The translations under genes were made by a program, and so were the position numbers. A DNA stretch of 64,000 nt, taken from Macrostomum lignano (taxonomy: Eukaryota). Each line of letters opens with the position of its first letter. Position 1 is the first letter of the stretch. Where the stretch lies: assembly GCA_002269645.1 (NCBI GenBank), contig NIVC01000208.1, positions 62,001 through 126,000 of the forward strand, read 5' to 3'. Under the pieces are notes generated by a model. The model saw only the letters and a program-made list of their open reading frames with translations. It was not told the DNA's origin and ran no database searches. Shown here in pieces: positions 53,856 through 64,000 of this stretch.

Positions 53856-55575
53856 CTATCCAAGCAAAATATCTCCAACTTTCTCCAAAATTCCCTTTTC
53901 ATCACTTTTCATCGTTGTTCTACGAAAAGCAGCTTCCCGAACGGCAGTTGTTGGCTTGGCGACTTCAGCAGGTTTTGTTGTTGCTTCTTTGTAGTCAATG
54001 AACACAGTACTCGATTCAGTCGGTGTCGAAACTTCGGAAACTGTCTTATCGTCAGCATTTTCAACCGCTATTGCAGCTAGAGTTCCGCGACCAATTTTGA
54101 CTTCCGGTTTTGAAGCTGTGGTTGAGGCTGGAGCACTGGTTGAGGCTGGAGCAGTGGTTGAGGCTGGAGCAGTGGTTGAGGCTGGAGCAGTGGTTGAGGC
54201 TGGAGCAGTGGTTGAGGCTGGAGCTGTGGTTGAGGTTGAAGCAGTGGTTGAGGCTGGAGCACTGGTTGAGGCTGGAGCAGTGGTTGAGGCTGGAGCTGTG
54301 GTTGAGGTTGAAGCAGTGGTTGAGGCTGGAGCAGTGGTTGAGGCTGGAGCACTGGTTGAGGCTGGAGCACTGGTTGAGGCTGGAGCAGTGGTTGAGGCTG
54401 GAGCTGTGGTTGAGGTTGAAGCAGTGGTTGAGGCTGGAGCAGTGGTTGAGGCTGGAGCACTGGTTGAGGCTGGAGCAGTAGTTAAGGCTGGAGCAGTGGT
54501 TGAGGCTGGAGCAGTGGTTGAGGCTGGAGCAGTAGTTAAGGCTGGAGCAGTAGTTAAGGCTGGAGCAGTGGTTGAGGCTGGAGCAGTGGTTGAGGCTGGA
54601 GCAGTGGTTGAGGCTGGAGCAGTGGTTGAGGCTGGCGCAGTGGATGAGACGGGAGCAGTGGTTGAGGCTGGAGCAGTGGTTGAGGCTGGAGCACTGGTTG
54701 AGGCTGGAGCAGTGGTTGAGGCTGGAGCAGTGGTTGAGGCTGGAGCAGTGGTTGAGGCTGGCGCAGTGGATGAGACGGGAGCAGTGGTTGAGGCTGGAGC
54801 AGTGGTTGAGGCTGGCGCAGTGGATGAGACGGGAGCAGTGGTTGAGGCTGGAGCAGTGGTTGAGGCTGGAGCAGTGGTTGAGGCTGGAGCAGTGGTTGAG
54901 GCTGGAGCAGTGGTTGAGGCTGGATCAGTTGTTGAGGCTGGAGCAGTGGTTGAGGCTGGAGCAGTGGTTGAGGCTGGATCAGTTGTTGAGGCTGGAGCAG
55001 TGGTTGAGGCTGGAGCAGTGGTTGAGGCTGGAGCAGTGGTTGAGGCTGGAGCAGTGGTTGAGGTTGGAGCAGTGGTTGAGGCTAGAGCAGTGGCTGAGGC
55101 TACGGGCAAAGTGTTGGCAAGCTCCAAACCTAAACCTTTTGTTGTTCCCTTGGCAGAGGTGAAAGGAAGCCGATCGTCAACGACCTACAAAATCCGGACA
55201 TAAAATAGCGCAGTTCACAGTTATGCCTCACTGATGGTTGGCCTGATCAAATTACACAAAACTGGTTTAACAGCAAAGGTGGAAAAGCCAACTGACCTCG
55301 CTGACGCAGTCCAGCGGTCTCCACAGCGCCTCATACTGAGCGGCAGTGGCCAGATAGCAAGTGCCGTCTCGCTTGAACACGGCGGTGCAGTTGGGTCGCA
55401 CTGCGCACTCCACCGAGCAGGTGCGAGGGTCTCGAACTCCGCTGACCTGCGACAGGTCGCTCACGTTTCCTGGGCAACCAGAGACGACGCGGAAGCGGAC
55501 GCAGACTCCGGACGCGACGGACAGCAGGCTGAGCAGGCAGAAGACAGTGAGCGCTGAAGTCTGAATCGTAGGCAT
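53856..55575 (-). CDS. P2c: PAN - expanded mucin repeat - charged tail, about 535 aa; exons 55297-55575 and 53856-55184
   Basis: Exon 2 is 1329 nt and open, with variant units ([24 protein letters not shown]). Confidence 0.85.
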
Positions 55576-56214
55576 TTTAAAAAACATATTCCTAATTGAA
55601 TGTCTAATGCTTTCAACTGAAATTTACCCCAGGCTCGAGCATTTGATAGCAAATTTATAGGAATAGGATAGCATTGGCAGTATCCAATGGCTGAAGATGT
55701 TTGAGTAAGAAATTCAGCTGACTGCCATTAAGGACGTAGGCTAGATAAGGCTAGATCCTTGAACTTGAATGAAAATATTTTTGTTTGTCTGAAGTGAGCT
55801 TAATAGCCTAGTTTTTATTTACCCTATATGTCACACTAAGTACAATATATTCTATATATAGCATGAATTTCTCGAATGCAAACGAAGAAAGTAACAGAAA
55901 ATTCAATTTACATTTGAAAAAGTAGCGCTACATAAAAATTTTTAGCTGTCAGGTAATTAGACAGATTATTAAATTTTGTTAAGCTCAAAATTATTATTTA
56001 GTAAAATTTTGTAGCCTACCTAACAAATAGGATTGTGGACACTTTTTTGATTATTAACACTGATTAATGTGATTGTTAACCAAGTATTTGTTTTTTAATA
56101 TTCATTTAATTAATAATTATTTCATTTACACAATTTAGTTCATAACGAACTAGGTCATAAAAACTCAAACACACAAACTTGTGTCAGTCGAATTTTTGTT
56201 ACCTGGAGTTCATG

Positions 56215-57870
56215 TCAGTCAGGGTTGTATCAGTCGGAGATGTGTCAGTCGGAGATGTGTCAGTCGGATATGTGTCAGTCGGAGATGTGTCAGTCGGAGA
56301 TGTGTCAGTCGGAGATGTGTCAGTCGGAGATGTGTCAGTCGGAGATGCGTCAGTCGGAGATGTGTCAGTCGGAGATGTGTCAGTCGGAGATGCGTCAGTA
56401 GGAGATGCGTCAGTCGAAGATGTGTCAGTCGGAGATTTTATCAGTCAGAGATTTATCAGTCGGAGATGTGTCAGTCGGAGATGTGTCAGTAGGAGATGCG
56501 TCAGTCGGAGATGCGTCAGGCGGAGATGTGTCAGTCGGAGATGTGTCAGTCGGAGATGTGTCAGTCGGAGATGTGTCAGTCGGAGATGTGTCAGTCGGAG
56601 ATGTGTCAGTCAGAGATGTGTCAGTCAGAGATGTGTCAGTCGGAGATGTGTCAGTCAGAGATTTATCAGTCGGAGATGTGTCAGTCAGAGATGTGTCAGT
56701 CGGAGATGTGTCAGTCGGAGATGTGTCAGTCGGAGATGCGTCAGTCGGAGATGTGTCAGTCGGAGATGTGTCAGTCGGAGATGCGTCAGTAGGAGATGCG
56801 TCAGTCGAAGATGTGTCAGTCGGAGATTTTATCAGTCAGAGATTTATCAGTCGGAGATGTGTCAGTCGGAGATGTGTCAGTAGGAGATGCGTCAGTCGGA
56901 GATGCGTCAGGCGGAGATGTGTCAGTCGGAGATGTATCAGTCGGAGATGTGTCAGTCGGAGTTGTGTCAGTCGGAGATTTACCATTCGGAGATGTGTCAG
57001 TCGGAGATGTGTCAGGCGGAGATTTATCAGTCAGAGATGCGTCAGTCGGAGATGTGTCAGTCGGAGATTTGTCAGTCGGAGATGTGTCAGTCGGAGATGC
57101 GTCAGTGGGAGATATGTCAGGCGGAGATTTATCAGTCGGAGATCTATTAATCGAAGATGTGTCAGTCGGAGATGTGTCAGTCGGAGATGTGTCAGTCGGA
57201 GATTTACCATTTGGAGATGTGTCAGTCGAAGATGTGTCAGGCGGAGATTTTATCTGTCAGAGATTTATCAGTCGGAGATGTGTCAGTCGGAGATGTGTCA
57301 GTCGGAGATGTGTCAGTCGGAGATGTGTCAGTCGGAGATGTGTCAGTCGGAGATGTGTCAGGCGGAGATTTTATCAGTCAGAGATTTATCAGTCGGAGAT
57401 GTGTCAGTCGGAGATGTGTCAGTCGGAGATGTGTCAGTCGGAGATGTGTCAGTCGGAGATGTGTCAGTCGGAGATGTGTCAGTCGGAGATTTGTCAGTCG
57501 GAGATGTGTCAGTCGGAGATTTGTCAGTCGGAGATGTGTCAGTCGGAGATGTGTCAGTCGGAGATGTGTCAGTCGGAGATGTGTCAGTCGGAGATGTGTC
57601 AGTCGGAGATGTGTCAGTCGGAGATTTGTCAGTCGGAGATGTGTCAGGCGGAGATGTGTCAGGCGGAGATGTGTCAGTCGGAGATGTGTCAGGCGGAGAT
57701 ATGTCAGTCGGAGATGTGTCAGTCGGATATTTGTCAGTCGGAGATGTGTCAGGCGGAGATGTGTCAGGCGGAGATGTGTCAGGCGGAGATTTATCAGTCG
57801 GAGATGTGTGAGATGTGTCAGCCCAAGTTGTGTCTGTTTGAATTATGTCAGTCGGAGATTTGTCAGTCAG
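56215..57870. repeat. 15-bp SPTDT-type minisatellite, unit 3 copy (about 1.65 kb)
   Basis: Longest copy; several 16-nt units (GGAGATTTTATC) break the frame. Confidence 0.9.
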
Positions 57871-59687
57871 AGAGGTGTCGGTTAGAATGGTGTCAGCCAG
57901 AGTAATTGTTGTGAAAATCGAAGTAGCATGAAGTTGGAACTCAGCCAAAGCAGGCAGCAGGCCAGCAGTTCTGACTCTGACAGAATTTGCATCTTAAGCT
58001 CGTATTTTTAGGAAAAAACTTCGTCAAGAAGTTTGTAGACCCACTGGTTCATTAGGTTTTTCATTGCTGGATAGCAAAGTAGGGTATCACTCATTTGCTG
58101 TCAGAGAGGAGCCACTTTAAAAGCGTTTAGTTGCATCGTTTCTGCATTCTTTGACAGAATTGCGTTGTACAATTTCTCTAATAGTATCAGATAAGTACTG
58201 TTTTGCTGCAAGTTAGCCTATACTATATCCGATGGAAGCTTCAAGTACAAGCGTACGGAAACCATTATCGGTTTCCTATAGCATGATAAAAGTTTGAAAT
58301 GTATTTAAAAAACCGCTCAATAAGTTTGCATAACAAATCGTCATTACCATCATAAATGCATTATGCTTAGATTATTCTACCCTACCCTACCTAGACAGCA
58401 GCCCAGAATGCACTAGACAAATTCTGCAACAACAGAATAAGTCTATACAAAATATAATCCTTAGAGGAAGATCCTTCGCTTCGACCTAATCTAAATGTAG
58501 CTCCGAGAAGTGCTTACGATAATCTACCTAAGTGCTTTGTTCGTGGTACATGTACCAAGTATTTTCTTTGGAGTTACAAGTTTCTTTAAGTAGAACATCC
58601 TCAAAACGCTTGTCGATCGTAATAAAATTCTTTATAATTGAGAAGTAAGCTCCTTGAACTGCTTGAAGCGCTTTTGAAAGAGACCTATAAATTAATATGA
58701 TTCGGTATCGTCAAATACACTGAATATCGGCGGTAAGAAAAGCACGAAAAGATGGCATCAATGGGTGCTGAGACAAAGACAGCCCCAATGCTTGGGCAGC
58801 CAGAAAGCAACCAAGAAAACGTAGAGTGCACGAAGAGAGCTCATATCGTTCGGTAAACAATGTATTTATGAAAAAATGACCTAAGCTACACCTATGCAGT
58901 TCATTCTCTTCCTATTCATTAAGACTTACTTGAATTTGCTTCAGGGTGACCAGAAGAGAAAACAACGGGGAGACGGGAGCGCCACATTTTAATAATCCAT
59001 GAAAAACCAGCTTGCAGCAAAGGCGCGTAGCCAGTCAGGGAGGTTCGGTGAGCCTTCCTTCGGTTTGGTCTTCAATGCAGTTCTCGGGTACACAGACCTC
59101 ATCAGAGGACGATCTTTGGTAAAGGCCGGGCATTGGCAGATAATATAGTGCTGGGCTCAGTGCTGGACCCCTTTGAATTTAATTCAGAAATGTCTTTTTG
59201 ATTGAATAAATAAACTAGCTTATTAATATTTCTCTAAATTACAATGGCTTTTTAACGTAAACAAACGTTTCAGCAAGCACTCATGCTGCTTTAGCTCGTA
59301 TACTTTTCACAGATGGCCGGAGTTCTCAGGTAAAAACCGATACAGCACTCTGCTTAACTATTGACAAATATGTACGCTGGGCTTAGAAAGTGATTGCGCA
59401 GCAACAGTTGCAAACTTTTATGGCAGTAGTTTTGATACAAAATGTCAAATAAACTTTGTCTATCTAAACTTCATGCTTAAATCGATCACGCTGCATAAGA
59501 AGTGTTATTTTTTTTCCAGGGTTTCGATTATTAGAAAACCGCTTTTCCGACACAGACGGCAATGTCACATCGTCGATTTGGTCGTAAAACATCTGTAGTT
59601 AAAAGTATATGCCAAATACTTTTAGCTAATAAGTCTATTTTCAAAAAAATATTTTCAAAAACACTGAAAATTAATTCCGCAGCATAC

Positions 59688-60182
59688 CTTAATTTTGGCA
59701 GCAGTGGCAGTGATTGAGGCTGGAGCAGCAGTTGAGGCTGCAGCGGTGGCAGTAGTTGTGGCTCTTGTGGTGGCAAGCTCAGTCTTAAAACCTGTTGCCT
59801 CAGCAGAATTGGAAAGCCGATCGTCAACGACCTAAAACATTCAGTCACATTTGCTAAGGTAAACCGCACAAAAGTACGACCTGTTTCAGATACAGGACAA
59901 CAGATACCGACTGACCTCGCTGACGCAGTCCAGGGGTCTCCACAGCGCCTCATACTGAGCGGCAGTGGCCAGATAGCAAGTGCCGTCTCGCTTGAACACG
60001 GCGGTGCAGTTGGGTCGCACTGCGCACTCCACAGAGCAGACACGAGGGTCTCGAACTCCGTTGACCTGCGACAGGTCGCTCACGTTTTTGGGGCAACCGG
60101 GGACGACGCGGAAGCGGACGCAGACGCCGGACGCGACGGACAGCAGGCTGAGTAAGCAGATGACCATTTTAGGTGGCTTCAT
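59688..60182 (-). CDS. P3c: intact exons 1-2 of PAN gene (59916-60182, 59688-59831); downstream exon(s) unresolved
   Basis: 267-nt and 144-nt exons are open, ending ..TAAKIK/GTATGC at a phase-0 donor. Confidence 0.7.
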
Positions 60183-61882
60183 GGTGTTTAAATTTGTTAC
60201 TCTGCTTTTTGAAGAGACGCTTTCAGAGTCTAACCACGCATTTTATGCACATGCCACTGTGCTTGAGAGGATGATACAATACTCAAGGCGTTAAGAGGTA
60301 TTTTTAAAGATTGGCAGATGCTTAAGTAGACAAGTGTTTACACTCTAGTGCCATTCCTGTATAAAAAGTCAATACATCTGCTCCTGGGAGGTTCTAGTGT
60401 TATGTACATTAGTTACAGTTGCCTCTTTGGTAAACAGCCGAAGGAATAAGCTGCTGCTGTTAAAAATTGTTGTCAAATTTTTTTCGATATCTTAGAGTTT
60501 CCTTTCTAGATACAAGAAGTATGCTACTGATGGTTGTTACTTGACTGCCTCTTCCTGAGAGAGCCACTTAAAGTCCCCGTATTTTGCACGCTAGCTTTTA
60601 AAACGCTATTTTTTTGACAGACTTGTCAATTTGCTTTATAACGAGAGATGTTAGCTGCAGTTTTATTCTGGTTTTATTAGTGCAAGCAGTCGGCAGTGGA
60701 ACTGGAAAAAGTAATGTACTCACTAAGAATACCGCGGGTGAGCGTACATGTAGTAGATATATTACTCGAAGTAGTATGCTACACAAGTTAGTTTAATGCA
60801 GGCATTATTGAGCCCTTTTTATTCATATTATGAGCAGCTAAATGCATAAAAAGTATCCGTTATGGACATTTCATTTTCATATTGAATTTTACTTTGACCA
60901 TACTCGCAGGAGTCTGTACATGGGCATCCTGGCGATGGCAATTCTGTGCATTCCTCTGACTCCCGAGCCGTCAGAGGAATTTGGGGTAACGCAACTTAAA
61001 AGGCACCAATACTGTATGCAGGCACACATCCATGCACTTGCTCACAATGGGTGTACATGACATTCTAATTGTTTAAACCACCCACGGGCCAGTTTTTCGT
61101 GGACGCCAAGCCTCAAATTAATGTGATTAAAAAGAGAAGCGTTTATCGCCGATCTCGCTATTTACTCTGCATCAAGACTTTACCTTCAAGATTAAAAATA
61201 GTATATTAAATATATGCGCTTTGTATACGAAGTCTGGATTTTTCCTTATATAGAGAAATTGAATCAACCAAAGAAAATTCATTTGAATTTCAGTAAATTC
61301 ACACAATATTCGTACTGTATTATCAAAATACGGTCGTATTGTTTCTTTGAGTGAAAAATATTATCATTCAAAATGTCCAAGAAACGGCTAAATCTAGAAG
61401 ATAAGATAGGAAGATAAGAAGATAAGAAGCCACCTACGGTAAACATTTTTGTCTTCTCTTATTCATATCTAGCAAGCTAATTAGCAATGCAATGATTATT
61501 TGCTCTATGAAGACAGGACTCTTAGTTTGACTTTCGAAAATAGATTAAAAAAATAAGGGCAAAAATATTTTAAAAGACTGCCATTATATCACCGAGTAAA
61601 AATATTTAACAGTCAAACTAAGAATTCATTTGTTTATTTTGTAATTAATATGAAGTTTCACGAAATAAATAGTTGTTGAAAGGAATTTTAAATATTCCAA
61701 AACAGTCTAAACTTTATTTGGATTAGTTTTTAGCCAGCTGTTTGCATTCAAAGAGTAGCAGAAGTTCTTAGGGCAACACAACGATCTTAATTAAAGCTGT
61801 CCAGCGGTCACATGCCGGGACCATTCAATACTAGGGATGGGAGACGACGAAAGTTGAAGCCCGACATATTTATAACTTGATT

Positions 61883-61948
61883 CTCGAAAAACATTACTTG
61901 GATAGTTTTGTGTCTGTGCTGTAAACTATCCAAGTAATGCTTTTCGAG
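61883..61948. other. 66-nt hairpin (26-bp stem, 14-nt loop)
   Basis: CTCGAAAAACATTACTTGGATAGTTT versus AAACTATCCAAGTAATGCTTTTCGAG, with one mismatch that is a G-U pair on the minus strand. Confidence 0.7.
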
Positions 61949-62322
61949 GACTGAGTCATTAATAAATCGGCTTCCAAATTTTGTAGTTTCCTGTCCCGTT
62001 TGAGGCGTGAGCAGTGGCGGTGCTTGAGGCTGGAGCAGTGGCGGTGGTTGAGGCTGGAGCAGTGGCGGTGGTTGAGGCTGGAGCAGTGGTTGAGGCTGGA
62101 GCAGTTGTTGAGGCTGGAGCAGTGGCGGTGTTTGAGGATTGAGCAGTGGCGGTGCTTGAGGCTTGAGCAGTGGCGGTGTTTGAGGCTTGAGCAGTGGCGG
62201 TGCTTGAGGCTGGAGCAGTGGCGGTGCTTGAGGCTGGAGCAGTGGCGGTGCTTGAGGCTGGAGCAGTGGCGGTGTTTGAGGCTGCAGCAGTTAAATTTTC
62301 ATGTGGGACACCCTGCCACAAA

Positions 62323-63213
<891 letters not shown>

Positions 63214-63777
63214 GGCTAATATGGTTTGCTCTCCTAAGAAAATAGTTTTTATTACTACTTAGACTTGCTTTTTACAGTTCAGAGGTGTTGGTTTGGTGTA
63301 GTTTCGTGTCCGTGCTACAAGAATTATACACTCAATACGTTTCTGAGCCAATCAGCTTCTTAGCCTCTGAGATGCCAATCCGAACATTGCATTGCCTCAA
63401 AATTCTTAGAGCCAATGGTAGCCGGAGCAAAACGGTTGCAGCTGGTCCACCTGTGTGTCTGAACTGCGACCGTTGTTCCTATCCTGCCATATAGCCTCCC
63501 AAACACTACACTTATCTGACAACTGCCATTTAGCAACATGACCGGCTAAAACTTGAATCTAGTCAGGAAAGTGGCATCGATATACATTATGCGAAAATGC
63601 AACTCAGGAAGTATCATGCCAATATTTTGTCACAGTCATGGCTAGATTACATCAATGCGTATTGTTTTGCTTTTATTTATAGGAGGTTTCACTGTTTCAG
63701 CACAAAAAGTTAAATTGCTTTTGATAGGAGGCATACCCAGTTTTCATCTTTTGAGATGTCCTGCATTTCTTATGGCT

Positions 63778-64000
63778 CTACAAGCTGTTGAAACCCGCGG
63801 ATTCTGAACCCGCTGAATTCCAATCCCCGGAACTATTTCGACCTGCATTCTTAAATCTGAAGTCATACCTAAAAAACTCGCTAATACTTAGGATAGAGGT
63901 AGACATAAAATGAAGTAAATTCGTGTTGCATGAAGATTTGAGTGAAGCATTGATCTCGTCGGCTGGGGTACAGCGCAGAATGTCAGGCAACGTCTGTCTA
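63778..64000 (-). pseudogene. Degenerate Helitron helicase fragment, second copy (cut by window end)
   Basis: RQTLPDILRCTPADEINASLKSS, as at 33827-34090. Confidence 0.6.

Overview
This is eukaryotic, apparently invertebrate-animal, genomic DNA, not a prokaryotic locus. It has short GT-AG introns, a Ty3/gypsy LTR element, Helitron sequences, a tRNA-derived CORE-type SINE and long simple repeats. The window holds three tandem, mosaic copies of a 19-29 kb block (unit 1 about 1-19308, unit 2 about 19309-48150, unit 3 about 48151 to beyond 64000). Each block carries a cluster of mostly minus-strand genes for secreted proteins: signal peptide, a near-identical PAN/Apple-like domain, a phase-0 intron, a Ser/Thr/Ala/Pro mucin-like repeat and a paralog-specific tail. 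About 17 intact, broken or partial copies are present. The labels P1-P8 and G1-G2 are mine. Gene models were built by hand from splice sites and frame arithmetic, and the ORF track misses most of them. Main points: (1) a 5-Cys C-terminal module, possibly chitin-binding, after the mucin stalk; (2) two 4-exon genes for secreted PAN-like plus ALK/LTK-type glycine-rich-domain proteins with no TM or kinase; (3) an internally deleted gypsy element in which a 51-nt copy of mature tRNA-Ser is joined directly to the RT FLG motif, flanked by an 11-bp duplication whose empty site is visible in unit 3; (4) a 3.9-kb satellite-filled Helitron. Domain names come from motif recognition by eye, not database searches. 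The species cannot be determined, and single-base frameshifts could be assembly errors.
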